64,000 nt of DNA from Macrostomum lignano (lineage: Eukaryota), in NCBI GenBank assembly GCA_002269645.1, contig NIVC01000184.1:434001-498000 (forward strand), given 5' to 3'. Shown in pieces: positions 20,227 to 35,327 of this stretch (positions are counted from its first letter, which is position 1; every line of letters begins with the position of its first letter). The translations under genes were made by a program, and so were the position numbers. Below the pieces are notes generated by a model. That model saw only the letters and a list, made by a program, of their open reading frames with translations. It made no database searches and was not told where the DNA came from.

Positions 20227-20959
20227 GTTCGCAGCTTTGAGCGGCATTATACTCAAGCAGAAAATGGTTAACACCAAGCCGTCATCAAATATTCGATACT
20301 CGTATATCAACGGAATCTTTGTGTCTGCATGCAGTTTTGCAGTTTCCAAAAAGTGTGACACTTCTCTCCGCGGTTTGCGAACCCCTGCAATAAAATTCAT
20401 TCCTCAATTCCATTGAGCACTTGCCGAACGGAGGCACTGCGAGTAGTTCGGGATGATGATAAAGGATGACTGCAGGCTGCAAGAGCATATCCCCAATAAC
20501 CCCCCCCCATACCTGTTTAATCCGAGGCGATAAAACTTTATTGCGGAATTGCTATTGACTGCGTCACGCACACTGGCCCCAGATTCCTGCCACCGACAGG
20601 CAGCGCAGGAGGCTGGCAAACAACAATTTTTCGGGATTAAGGATCTCCATCAGTAGCGGTCTAGGCGGTCCCCTACACAGTTAGTTGTCTGGTCCGTGCC
20701 GTGTTTTTTTATTTTTCATTTCGAAGTATCGGCAGAATAATTATCAAGTTTGCATGCCGGGGCCGATTGCGTGTCGCTATGGCGAATTCTGTTGAACTGT
20801 ACACGGCGACTGCAGACAGAGTGGCATCGAGACAGGAAGAGCAGATCACGGACGTTGACAAGGGGAGGGGTTGGATCTTTAATTCTTTAATTGATTGTTT
20901 TCTAGCTTTGCTGTTTATGACATTTTTTTCATCTGCTCTCATTCTGTTGGCCTGATCTT

Positions 20960-21850
20960 CTATCCCACTCTTCTTCTACCCACTCTCCCTCTACCCACTC
21001 TCCCTCTACCCACTCTCCCTCTACCCACTCTCCCTCTACCCACTCTCCCTCTACCCACTCTCTCTCTACCCACTCTCCCTCTACCCACTCTCCCTCTACC
21101 CACTCTCCCTCTACCCACTCTCCCTCTACCCACTCTCCCTCTACCAACTCTCCCTCTACCCACTCTCCCTCTACCCACTCTCCCTCTACCCACTCTCCCT
21201 CTACCCACTCTCCCTCTACCCACTCTCCCTCTACCCACTCTCCCTCTACCCACTCTCCCTCTACCCACTCTCGATCTACCCACTCTCCCTCTACCCACTC
21301 TCCCTCTACCCACTCTCCCTCTACCCACTCTCCCTCTACCCACTCTCTCTCTACCCACTCTCCCTCTACCCACTCTCCCTCTACCCACTCTCCCTCTACC
21401 CACTCTCTCTCTACCCACTCTCCCTCTACCCACTCTCCCTCTACCCACTCTCCCTCTACCCACTCTCCCTCTACCCACTCTCCCTCTACCCACTCTCCCT
21501 CTCCCCACTCTCCCTCCACCCACTCTTCCTCTACCCACTCTTCCTCTACCCACTCTCCCTCCACCTACTCTCCCTCTACCCACTCTCCCTCTACCCACTC
21601 TCCCTCTACCCACTCTTCCTCTACCCACTCTCCCTCTACCCACTCTCCCTCTACCCACTCTTCCTCTACCCACTCTTCCTCTACCCACTCTTTCTCTACC
21701 CACTCTCCCTCTACCCACTCTTCCTCTACCCACTCTCCCTCTACCCACTCTCCCTCTACCCACTCTTCCTCTACCCACTCTTCCTCTACCCACTCTCCCT
21801 CTACCCACTCTCCCTCTACCCACTCTCCCTCTACCCACTCTCTCTCTACC
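20960..21850. repeat. 15-bp pyrimidine-rich tandem repeat (CTACCCACTCTCCCT)n
   Basis: Direct reading. Confidence 0.97.
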
Positions 21851-22249
21851 CTACACTCCCTCTATATCCACTGTATCTCTCCTTCACTCCTCTCATTCGC
21901 GTCAAAATTATCTAATTAAAAGGAAGATTTGAGTTCATTTCCTAAAAAAATATTTAGCAGTTGGTGAAAGCATCAAAATGTCACGACTCGCTGCTGCACC
22001 AGCCGGCACACTCGCTGTCACATTCGCTTCTTTGCCTCCTCTACCCACCCGCCTATACTCAATGAGTAGTTATTTAACTTGGAAAAGATCCCTGTTGAAA
22101 TTTGTCATTAGTGCAAGCTTTTCAATAAAAAAATGATAAATTATTTTACTCAAACAAAATTGTCTCAACAAAATAATGCTCGTACGTACATAACAACTGT
22201 GGTTTATTAGAAATATCATTGACATTGCAGTAGTACGAGTCACAGTTGG

Positions 22250-22620
<371 letters not shown>

Positions 22621-23267
22621 TAGTTGGAGGCGTTACCGTTGAGATACTCGGGCCAGCTCGAAGTGTCATGCTCTGCCCCCGTGCCACAAACCCGGTAAAA
22701 GGAGATATATTGGTTATTCCAGCCCGCTAATACAGTGCGACCCGCAGACAAGCTGGTTAGCAAAGATCAACACCAGGGGCAGCATGACCCCCCTCACGGG
22801 CCAGCCGAGAGACAGATAGAAGTATGCCGGAGCAGTTTTAAGCGCTGCTGCAAGGAACGTGACAATTCCTTGATGCCTGAGCAAAAATGCCGGGACAGAG
22901 TTCCCCTCACTTGTTTGCTGAGCGAGTAATCAAAAAAACCACGCGACTGAGGCCTCATCCTCCAGCATTGCCGCTGCTGTAAAAAATGAGCTCAAGGCAC
23001 AGGCAAATATGCACGAGTGTCAGTTTGTGGGATTCCGCTGGTTTTCGCGATCTTGGTTTGGCCTGTCAGGTGAAGATTCTGATCTGGGACAGTTGCTGCT
23101 GGGAAAGATCGGTGCCTGCCACTGCCACCTCTGCTGACCTGTTGAGCTCATGAGCACGAATTGCTGAGCTGGGGGGCAAGTGCGATAAAATAAATAGATG
23201 GAAGTACGGGGATAGATTGACTGAAATAGAGGCACCAAGGCAACGGCATAGAAAGACACTCGGACAG

Positions 23268-23745
<478 letters not shown>

Positions 23746-24234
23746 AGTCGCTTAGACAGACCAGCCTGAACCGGCAACATCAGAGTTCTTCCCCGAGCAA
23801 CCTCTGTTTGCACAGGGAGCGCACAGGCGTCGCCACGAGCAGGCCGTGTGGCCGGTGCGGCCGCCAAAAGTGGATGATGGAGAACCAACCGCCCAACTGA
23901 TGCGATATCGAAATTTGAAACCTGAGAGTCAAGAGGAGCGCGGTGAGCTTGGGCTGGTGGCTGGCGCCCCCTCCCACGATCTCAGGATCAGGTTTCACTT
24001 TTAGTATAAGCGACTATCGAGCTGCAGTTCAATGTAAAGGCTTGCGAGGAATTCAGAAAGATTGAAACGGATCAACAGTAAGAGTTTGCATGAACGAGTT
24101 ATCTTCAAATTTTTGTTATAATAATCTTTGTTTAACTTATCTACTCAATTTTTATTGGCACACGTGTGAGGTGTTTGGTTGGCTATTCATATGCAGAAGT
24201 TGAGAGTATGTTTACATGAACCTGCGTCACTTCT

Positions 24235-26190
24235 CATTTGAGTAGAGTGCCATTTCTAATCTGAGTAGAGTGTTATTTATAATCTGAGTAGAGTGCCATT
24301 TCTAATTTGAGTAGAGTGCCATTTCCAATTTGAGTACAGTGCCATTTCCAATTTGAGTAGAGTGCCATTTATAATTTGAGTAGAGTGCCATTTCTAATCT
24401 GAGTAGAGTGCTACTTATAATCTGAGTAGAGTGCCATTTCCAATCTGAGTAGAGTGCCATTTCCAATCTGAGTAGAGTGCTATTTCTCATCTGAGTAGAG
24501 TGCCATTTCTCATTTTAGTAGAGAGCCATTTATAATTTGAGTAGAGTGCCATTTATAATTTGAGTAGAGTGCCATTTATAATTTGAGTAGAGTGCCATTT
24601 CCAATTTGAGTAGAGTGCCATTTCCAATTTGAGTAGAGTGCCATTTATAATTTGAGTAGAGTGCCATTTATAATTTGAGTAGAGTGCCATTTCCAATTTG
24701 AGTAGAGTGCCATTTATAATTTGAGTAGAGTGCCATTTCTAATCTGAGTAGAGTGTTATTTATAATCTGAGTAGAGTGCCATTTCTAATTTGAGTAGAGT
24801 GCCATTTCCAATTTGAGTACAGTGCCATTTCCAATTTGAGTAGAGTGCCATTTATAATTTGAGTAGAGTGCCATTTCTAATCTGAGTAGAGTGCTACTTA
24901 TAATCTGAGTAGAGTGCCATTTCCAATCTGAGTAGAGTGCCATTTCCAATCTGAGTAGAGTGCTATTTCTCATCTGAGTAGAGTGCCATTTCTCATTTTA
25001 GTAGAGAGCCATTTATAATTTGAGTAGAGTGCCATTTATAATTTGAGTAGAGTGCCATTTCTAATTTGAGTAGAGTGACATTTCTAATTTGAGTAGAGTG
25101 CCATTTCTAATTTGAGTAGAGTGCCATTTATAATTTGAGTAGAGTGCCATTTATAATTTGAGTAGAGTGCCATTTATAATTTGAGTAGAGTGCCATTTCC
25201 AATTTGAGTAGAGTGCCATTTATAATTTGAGTAGAGTGCCATTTCTAATCTGAGTAGAGTGTTATTTATAATCTGAGTAGAGTGCCATTTCTAATTTGAG
25301 TAGAGTGCCATTTTCAATTTGAGTAGAGTGCCATTTCCAATTTGAGTAGAGTGCCATTTATAATTTGAGTAGAGTGCCATTTCTAACCTGAGTAGAGTGC
25401 TACTTATAATCTGAGTAGAGTGCCATTTCCAATCTGAGTAGAGTGCCATTTCCAATCTGAGTAGAGTGCTATTTCTCATCTGAGTAGAGTGCCATTTCTC
25501 ATTTTAGTAGAGAGCCATTTATAATTTGAGTAGAGTGCCATTTATAATTTGAGTAGAGTGCCATTTCTAATTTGAGTAGAGTGACATTTCTAATTTGAGT
25601 AGAGTGCCATTTCTAATTTGAGTAGAGTGCCATTTATAATTTGAGTAGAGTGCCATTTATAATTTGAGTAGAGTGCCATTTCTAATTTGAGTAGAGTGAC
25701 ATTTCTAATTTGAGTAGAGTGCCATTTCTAATTTGAGTAGAGTGCCATTTCCAATTTGAGTAGAGTGCCATTTCCAATTTGAGTAGAGTGCCATTTATAA
25801 TTTGAGTAGAGTGCCATTTCTAATCTGAGTAGAGTGCTACTTATAATCTGAGTAGAGTGCCATTTCCAATCTGAGTAGAGTGCCATTTCCAATCTGAGTA
25901 GAGTGCTATTTCTCATCTGAGTAGAGTGCCATTTCTCATTTTAGTAGAGAGCCATTTATAATTTGAGTAGAGTGCCATTTATAATTTGAGTAGAGTGCCA
26001 TTTATAATTTGAGTAGAGTGCCATTTATAATTTGAGTAGAGTGCCATTTCTAATTTGAGTAGAGTGACATTTCTAATTTGAGTAGAGTGCCATTTCTAAT
26101 TTGAGTAGAGTGCCATTTCTAATTTGAGTAGAGTGCCATTTCCAATCTGAGTAGAGTGCCATTTTTAATCTGAGTAGAGTGCCATTCCTA
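24235..26190. repeat. 23-bp satellite (GAGTAGAGTGCCATTTATAATTT) with higher-order blocks
   Basis: A variant block recurs at 24302, 24785, 25291 and 25728 (spacings 483, 506 and 437 = 21, 22 and 19 units). Confidence 0.96.
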
Positions 26191-26420
26191 ATGACACTCT
26201 TATCCATGAGTGCATATATATTTGTGAGAAAGAGTTTAAAGACCGTCATATGGAATTTATTTGTCATTCCTTGAATTCGCTAATTCAGTATATAGTACAA
26301 AGCCACAGGTGAGAACACAGTGTGCAGTGTGTTTAACGATCCACAACAAGTATAACTAACTAAGCATCATCAATATATATTAGTTTGTTTAGATTTTTTA
26401 CCACCTAAGAATGTAAACAA

Positions 26421-27569
26421 TCAACTGTCATGACAGCTGGACATCAAATGGTTGAGCATGTGCTCCTCGAACGCGGCTTGACTGACTTGGTGACCGCCGC
26501 ACACTTCGCATTGCCACTGCTCACCAGCCCCGGCTGTTCCAGAGTTTCCGCAGGCGCCGCAGCCGCCCTGCTGGTGCTTGCGCAGATAGGCCGACCGCTT
26601 GAACCCGCGGCCGCAGCTCCTGCACGCAAACTGCTTGTTCGCGGCCTCCTTGGTTTTGACCGCCCGACAGTCGGGCCGCAGGATGGCGTCGATGCTGAAC
26701 TGCAGACCGCTGCTGCTGCACTTCCTGCCGCTTATGGCGACGTCAGGCTTCGGCTTGTGCCAGCGTCGGTGGCTGGCCAGGTTGGCGGAGCAGTTGAACA
26801 GCTTGCCGCAGTCGGAGCACCTGTACTCCTCGTACTCGATGCACGGGCACCGGTGCTGAGCCAGCTGGAACGCGTCGCCGAAGGTCACCCAGCACAGCTG
26901 GCAGACGAACTCGCCAATCCGATTGACAATTTTTGACAGCGCAGCCTCGGCCTCGGGCGTCACTTCGACGAAGTTAAATGTGGTCACAATGTCCAGCTGG
27001 GCGGCTTGGCTTGTCGGGCGAGCGCGACGGCTTCTTGTGGACTTCGACAGAGCGCGGATGATTGTGCCGCTGACTGGGCTGGCCTTCTGGCTGGGGCAGC
27101 ACCTCTGAGCTGGCGGACTCGGCTTGCTGATGACGCCGCTTGGCTTGGCCTTCGGCGTTGAGACTGTCGGACGAGGAGGCGTCGAAGGCGGCGGCGGCGG
27201 CGGCGGCGCTGGAGCTGTTGACTTGGCCAAATCGGCCTCTTTGCCGGTGCCGCCCACAGCAGCAGGCTGACCGGTGCAAACCAGTGGCGGCTGCACCGGC
27301 TGCAGGGCAGCAACAAACTGAAGGTATTGCTGCTGGATTTGCTGCTGGATTTGCTGCTGGATCTTCAGCGACTCAAGAAACGATACGGCGTTTACAGCGG
27401 CTGAGCAGTGAGGAAAAAATCCACCAAAGTCTGGTACTGATGCAGGAGACGGCAGCTGAGGCTGCTGGGGCAGCATCTGATGCAGCATCTGAGCTCGAAT
27501 GGCAGCTGGGAGAGCGAAGCCTCCATCATAAAACTTGTACGGGTTGAACTTCGGATCGTTCGCCTCCAT
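26421..27569 (-). CDS. INSM1: Insulinoma-associated 1 / nerfin / egl-46-like C2H2 zinc-finger transcription factor
   Basis: IGEFVCQLCWVTFGDAFQLAQHRCPCIEYEEYRCSDCGKLFNCSANLASHRRWHKP matches the INSM1 ZF1-ZF2 signature, followed by two more C2H2-type fingers. Start ATG (MEANDPKF) is uncertain. Confidence 0.9.
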   Translation of the reverse strand: MEANDPKFNPYKFYDGGFALPAAIRAQMLHQMLPQQPQLPSPASVPDFGGFFPHCSAAVNAVSFLESLKIQQQIQQQIQQQYLQFVAALQPVQPPLVCTGQPAAVGGTGKEADLAKSTAPAPPPPPPPSTPPRPTVSTPKAKPSGVISKPSPPAQRCCPSQKASPVSGTIIRALSKSTRSRRARPTSQAAQLDIVTTFNFVEVTPEAEAALSKIVNRIGEFVCQLCWVTFGDAFQLAQHRCPCIEYEEYRCSDCGKLFNCSANLASHRRWHKPKPDVAISGRKCSSSGLQFSIDAILRPDCRAVKTKEAANKQFACRSCGRGFKRSAYLRKHQQGGCGACGNSGTAGAGEQWQCEVCGGHQVSQAAFEEHMLNHLMSSCHDS

Positions 27570-28029
27570 GCGGTGTCTCCGGGGAATTCTTACTTTCGAC
27601 AGGTAAAGCTCGGGTTTGCTATTAAGAGCAGCGAATTGAGGACTCAACCTGATAAGCGAAGGGAGTTTTTTGTGCTCGCACAATCTGCAGAATCCATCCT
27701 CAGCTTCAGCCTCAGCCTCCTCCGGAATCCTTGCAAGCAGGCGCGCGAGCCAGCCAACCGCCGGCTCTCATTCCCTCACTCTGCCTCCAGGCCCGCCAGC
27801 ATTCCTTCGTTCTTCATCTCTCTCTCCTGACTGCAGGCAGAATCTCATTGGCTGGGAGGCGGACTCGGACCTGGTGGGGGTGGGGGGGCTACCGGAGCAA
27901 CTCTCCTATTTTCCCCATCATTGTCTTCTCCATTACGCTGTCTTTCGGCGCTATAGATTCTCATCAGACCTTCATTTGAGATCCCACAACTTGAGCTGTG
28001 AGATTTCAAAGCTTGAAGATTTCATTATT

Positions 28030-28370
28030 TCAAAGCTTGAAAATCCCAAAGCTTAAAAATCCCAAAGCTTGAAAATCCCAAAGCTTGAAAATCCCAAAGC
28101 TTGAAAATCCCAAAGCTTGAAAATCCCAAAGCTTAAAGATCCCAAAGCTTGAAAATCCCAAAGCTTGAAATCCCAAAGCTTGAAAAAGCTTAAAAATCTC
28201 AGAGCTTGAAAATCCCCAAGCTTGAAAATCCCAAAGCTTAAAATTCTCAGAGCTTGAAAATCCCAAAGCTTAAAGATCCCAAAGCTTAAAGATCCCAAAG
28301 CTTAAAGATCCCAAAGCTTAAAATTCCCAAAGCTTAAAGATCCCAAAGCTTAAAGATCCCAAGGCTTCAA
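28030..28370. repeat. 16-bp tandem repeat (TTGAAAATCCCAAAGC)n
   Basis: Direct reading. Confidence 0.95.
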
Positions 28371-29619
28371 TCGAGATCCCTATCTAAAGCTTTAATCCTA
28401 GCAAATTTTAAGCTTCAAGATTTCAAAACATCATTATCGTTTCTAAGATTTAAGACCATTTGATAGAACAGATATTTTTGCATGTACGCTCGTAAGAGCT
28501 GGGTAAATAGGATGCCTATACATTCGTGTCTCGCACACATCATCAGACATTCGAATTGAATTCAACTTAGCAGTATATACATGTACATGTATGCTCGATC
28601 AACATATGCACTAGCTTTGACTAGCCTATACTTGTTAAATGCTCGTTTATTGCCTGTACACAGGTGGCATATATATATGGTCAATCCATCATATTTTTTA
28701 CACACAGCTCAGCAATCGTATACAAGCACGGGGGCCACTATGTGCAGGCATTCGTTCACGGTCTCATTATACCTGTGCACACATTGCCAATTCTGATGGC
28801 AGTATAATATGGTAGTAGTATAGTTAGTAGCAGTGCCAACAGCCAAATATATTATAGCATCAAGCGAGCCTTTATAACATCGGATTCTGATTGATTCAAA
28901 TTTATATTGTGTAGCCACCCAAACGAGAGCTGAACAAACTGATACTGCAGGTATAAGGGCTGCTCTGTATACAGGGGCCCCCCAAGTAGAAGAATGCGAT
29001 ACCCCGGCCGTGCAGCGATGTGTACACAAGAATTCGAGAGCTTGATATACATGCATGCAGATAGATAGAGATTGAGAGATGCTGCTTGCTTGCATGGCTG
29101 CTGCGGCTGCTGCATTATAGGCGCAGATTAAATTCCTCAAACAGTGAGGGTCTCCATAGCCCCACATGCGGCCTGTGCTCAACCAGCATAGGTCAGTGAG
29201 CCTTGGAAGCTCATATCCGCTCTCCGTCATCTCCCTCTCTCTCGCTCCCAGCTTCCCCAACCCCCCACTTGTTAGAGGAAGGATCATAGAGCTCTGTAGT
29301 CGATTTCCTAATTTTTCATTAAGCAAAGGCCCCCCACAGTTGGGCCCGAAATCACGGCTGAGTAGAGTCGGAGAGGAAATTGAAATATTAACAGCGGTGC
29401 GCAGACACATGCTATGCCAAAGAGCCCCAATTTCCCGAGCAAGTTTAACATTTTTCCTCTGACTCCTCTTTAATTTGGTGCGAGTAATTTCTTTTGGGAA
29501 TCAATCCGAAGCGTGAGAAATCATAAACTGAAAGAATTGCAGGCCTGTAATGTATACTGATGCCTGAGAATGGCTATAATTTAAACAGGCGCTTGTGCAT
29601 TTGCCATGATATGAGTAAC

Positions 29620-30400
29620 CAGGGACTTTAGCATCAGGGGTTCTAGCACTAGGGGATTTAACACCAGGGGCGCCAGCGCCAGGCGCTTTAACACCAGGGA
29701 CTTTAGCACCAGGGGCTTTAGCACCAGGGGCTTTAGCACCAGGGGCTTTAGCACCAGGGGCTTTAGCACCAGGGGCTTTAACACCAGGGGCTTTAGCACC
29801 AGGGGCTTTAGCACCAGGGGCTTTAGCACCAGGGGCTTTAGCGCCAGGGGCTTTAACACCAGGGGCTTTAGCACCAGGGGCTTTAGCACCAGGGGCTTTA
29901 GCACCAGGGGCTTTAGCATCAGGGGCTTTAGCACCAGGGGCTTTAGCACCAGGGACTTTAGAACCAGGGGCTTTAGCATCATGGGCTTTAGCACCAGGGG
30001 CTTTAGCACCAGGGACTTTAGAACCAGGGGCTTTAGCATCATGGGCTTTAGCACCAGGGGCTTTAGCATTAGGGGCTTTAACACCAGGGGCTTTAGCACC
30101 AGGGGCTTTAGCACCAGGGGCTTTAACACCAGGGGCTTTAGCACCAGGGGCTTTAGAACCAGGGGCTTTAGCATCATGGGCTTTAGCACCAGGGGCTTTA
30201 GCATTAGGGGCTTTAACACCAGGGGCTTTAGCACCAGGGGCTTTAGCACCAGGGGCTTTAACACCAGGGGCTTTAGCACCAGGGGCTTTAGAACCAGGGG
30301 CTTTAGCATCATGGGCTTTAGCACCAGGGGCTTTAGAACCAGGGGCTTTAGCATCATGGGCTTTAGCACCAGAGGCTTTAGCACCAGGGGATTTAGCACC
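29620..30400. repeat. 15-bp tandem repeat (GGGGCTTTAGCACCA)n
   Basis: Direct reading; lies within open frame 29501..30475 (-). Confidence 0.95.
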
Positions 30401-31229
30401 ACAGGGCCGCTGAGATACTGCAGGGGTTCCGAAACGCAGCATCATAATCATTGAAAAAAGTAATAAAAATTTCACTTCAAAGTCGTATTGTCAACATGCA
30501 AGGTTTTGTTGATCCTAATACCATTTTAATCCTAAATAAATAGTCAAAGAAGCATTTTCCAATTTCCAAACTAAATCTTAAGCGTCTTTGCAGTGTGAGA
30601 AAAAAAAGAATTTCTTAGTGTTAATTCAGAGTCGCCCTGCCCATCCATTTCTTAGAAAGGATTACAGCAATGCGGCAGCAGTATTAAGACAGCTTTCTTC
30701 AGACACAGAATCTGCTTCCGACTCAATAACAATTGTCTTTGCCAGCCTGTGTTGCAGATTTTAATTATCTGCACACAGAACTGATTCTCTCGCATCAATC
30801 GGCCCAACTAATCTCCCGCATCCGCACAGGTAGGGGGATGCGGCATGAAGGATGGGATGGAATCCTGTGCAGTAAAGCTACAGCCGGTCAAGCTTCAGCA
30901 TGCGCCTCCGGGCGGAGCGAGCCATGGTAAACCGCGCTCGAGCATTCTATCAGATCTGCAGCCACTTGAGCATGTCCCGGATTTTTTTACCAACAGACCA
31001 TGCGCACAGAATATCTGGTAAAGGAATAAATTCTGACTCTCAATTGAATACCGAATTGCAATCCGATACCCCGGCAGAGGCTCTCCAAGGATTTTGCCAA
31101 CCGTGCGCGGCTTTCTCTCCGGCTGGGAGTGCAGGAATACGACAGGTGCGCACGGCTGATCCGAGGGCCAGAGGGGCGGCTGCGGGTCAGGGAGACCGAT
31201 GGGAGAAACGGGATGACAGCAGGGAGGAG

Positions 31230-32212
31230 GGTCAGTGAGAGGGAGATGGGGAATGAGAGTGAAAAGGGAAGTGAGATCGGAAGTGAGAGTGAGAGTGAGA
31301 TGGAGAGTGAGAGTGAGATGGGGAGCGAGAGGGAGATGGGGAGTGAGAGAGATGGAGAGTGAGATTGGGAGTGAGATGGAGACTGAGATAGGGGGTTAGG
31401 GTGAGATGGAGAATGAGATGGGGAGCGAGAGTGAGATGGGGAGTGAGAGTGAGATGGGGAGCGAGAGTGAGATGGGGAGCGAGAGTGAGATGGGGAGCGA
31501 GAGTGAGATGGGGAGTGAGATTGGGAGTGAGTTTGGGAGTGAAATGGGGAGCGAGAGTGAGATGGGGAGCGAGAGTGAGATGGGGAGTGAGAGTGAGATG
31601 GGGAGCGAGAGTGAGATGGGGAGCGAGAGTGAGATGGGGAGCGAGAGTGAGATGGGGAGTGAGATTGGGAGTGAGTTTGGGAGTGAAATGGGGAGCGAGA
31701 GTGAGATGGGGAGCGAGAGTGAGATGGGGAGTGAGATTGGGAGAGAGTTTCGGAGTGAGATTGAGATGGAGAGTGAGATTGGGAGTAAGATTGGGAGTGA
31801 GAGTAAGATTGGTAGTGAGATTGGGAGTGAGAGTGAGAGTGAGAGTGAGATGGAGAGTGAGGGTGAGATGGAGAGTTGGTGAGATGGAGAATGAGATGGA
31901 GAGCGAGAGTGGTATGGGAGTGAGATTGGGAGCGGGAGTGAGATGGGGAGTGAGAGTGAGATGGAGAGTGAGGGTGAGATGGAGAGTTGGTGAGATGGAG
32001 AATGAGATGGAGAGCGAGAGTGGTATGGGAGTGAGATTGGGAGCGGGAGTGAGATGGGGAGTGAGAGTGAGATGGAGACTGAGATGGGGAGTGAGATTGG
32101 GAGTGAGAGTGAGATGGAGACTGAGATGGGGAGTGAGATTGGGAGTGAGAGTGAGATGGAGACTGAGATGGGGAATGAGGGTGAGATGGAGGGTGAGATG
32201 GAGGGTGCTGGT
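31230..32212. repeat. GA-rich degenerate repeat (18-bp GAGAGTGAGATGGGGAGC core)
   Basis: Direct reading; nearly pyrimidine-free on the + strand apart from T. Confidence 0.93.
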
Positions 32213-32734
32213 CTTCCTAGCACAGCAAGTTCGCCCAACCTTCGACAAAGTCATAAATAAATAAACAAGGTCTTCGTGCCCGAGAAACACACCGATTTCT
32301 CGTACGCCAAGCGCTGGCAGACACGAAAGCTTCATTCAGACATCAACGAAACGCGGTATGCGGAAGCGACGCCTCGGTCATCCGGAAAGGATGCCAGTTA
32401 AGGGAGTGGTTGGAGATTCCCCAATTCCCGTTGATATTTACCCGACAAAAAAGTAACCCAAGTCAAATCTGCGTCAATAATTAATTTATTATTTGAAAAT
32501 ACAATTTTATTTGAGGCAAAAATTAAGCACATTAATTATTCATATTGCGGAGACAAAACTACAAACTCAAGAAAATTCCATATCAAGATATTTATCTGCA
32601 TAACACTGTGATGAGAGAATTTACAGCATTCCTGCGTTAGCTGAATAAGAATACTTTGCTTCTTTTTAATAGTAAACTGCGGTTCACCGCGTATTGATTC
32701 ACTCTTAGCGTTTCAGGTTATTTTAACCTTGCTA

Positions 32735-33632
<898 letters not shown>

Positions 33633-33703
33633 TATCGAACAAATTGTTGATAAACTTGACCTTCTTTCCCTAGAAGAATATTGATGTACCCCTCATAGCA
33701 GAG

Positions 33704-35046
33704 TCAAGCCAATCCAGAAGTCTGCCGCTTCTTCTGCAGCAGCTCCGGCTCGGTGGACATCCAAGCCTGCAGCATCTTGATGTCGAGCAGCATAAGCCGC
33801 AGCGCCATAGTCCAACGTTCGTCCTTATTTCCAGCCCGAACAATTGCGAATCTCTGGCCGGAGTCTTCAATCTCTTTAGGCGGGTGCAGCGGATATGGCG
33901 CCAGCCGGTCTTTGCCGTAGCGATCGCGAACGAAGGCCAGCAGCTCAGTGACGCAGCTGAGGTAGGCGGACATGCCCGAGTCGAATGCCGAGTCTGAGAA
34001 CAAGCGGCCGTGGCTCGAATAGAGCGGCAGCGATCTGAGGGGAGTGCGATTGAGGGCTAGGATTAGGGGCAGGTGATCCCCAAGGCTTCGAGTGAGCATG
34101 ATTGATGGGGGCAAGCTCGAATCTTCCCAAGCTCGAATCTTCTCAAGTTCGAACCTTCCCAAGCTCGAATCTTCCCAAGCTAGAATCTTCCCAAGCTAGA
34201 ATCTTCCCAAGCTCGAATCTTCTCAAGCTCATATCTTCCCAAGCTCGAATCTTCTCAAGCTCGAATCTTCTCAAGTTCGAACCTTCCCAAGCTCGAATCT
34301 TGAAATGGTTCAAACTAATTCTTCAGGATGATGTAAAATTTCCAGCTTGTCAAAGTAACCCTATGAACGATTAGAAAGTCAGAGCCGCTGTATACATGAA
34401 AAAAGTTTTAATTTGCATACAACACTACTGAACTGAATTTCCTGAGTAGAAAAATACGGACATGATGAAGTAAAACGCAAAAAATAAGTAAAACATTTTG
34501 AATTTCTGCACCTTCCCGTAGCTAAGAGTCGCATCTCGGACTGGCTGGCGCAGGGCACAACGGTGTACACAGTTGAGGCGAAGCCCAGCCTGTGGGACAC
34601 GGCCTGCAGCAGCAGGGCGCACTGGCCCCAGCCGGCATTCAGCTCGGCCCAGTCGATCTGTCCACCCGCCGGCCGGCCCATTCGGAAGCCGCCAATGCTG
34701 GCAATGTGAGCGTCGTACCAGATGTGAAACGCCGCCCCGAGTACGCTGGTGTTCTGCAGCCTGTTCAGCTCCGACTCTGCGTAGGCCTGAGCCATGCATA
34801 GAGAGAAGGGGTGGGGTTGCTCAACCGCGAATTCAACCCTTTGAACCCTAGCATTCAAAGTTTACTACGATACATATCGGTGATGGAACAAAGTCCCGCT
34901 ATAGACAGACAGACAGAAAGAAAGACAGACAGACAGACAGACAGACCGACAGACACACAGACAGACAGACAGAGAGACAGACAGAGAGACAGACAGACAG
35001 ACAGAGACAGACAGACAGACACACAGACAGACAGACAGACAGACAC

Positions 35047-35133
<87 letters not shown>

Positions 35134-35174
35134 CTAAGACAGACAGACACACAGACAGACACACAGACAGACAC

Positions 35175-35241
<67 letters not shown>

Positions 35242-35294
35242 CACAGGCAGACAGACACACAGACAGACAGACACACAGGCAGACAGACAGACAC

Positions 35295-35327
<33 letters not shown>

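Noticed and set aside
29040-29230. MTESGYELPRLTDLCWL resembling the FoxJ/N LTxLxWL motif
   Set aside because: No forkhead domain or convincing splice partners in the window; the motif is too short.
30740-32400. Possible small plus-strand exons flanking the GA-rich repeat
   Set aside because: Splice-like signals exist but I found no recognisable homology or consistent model.
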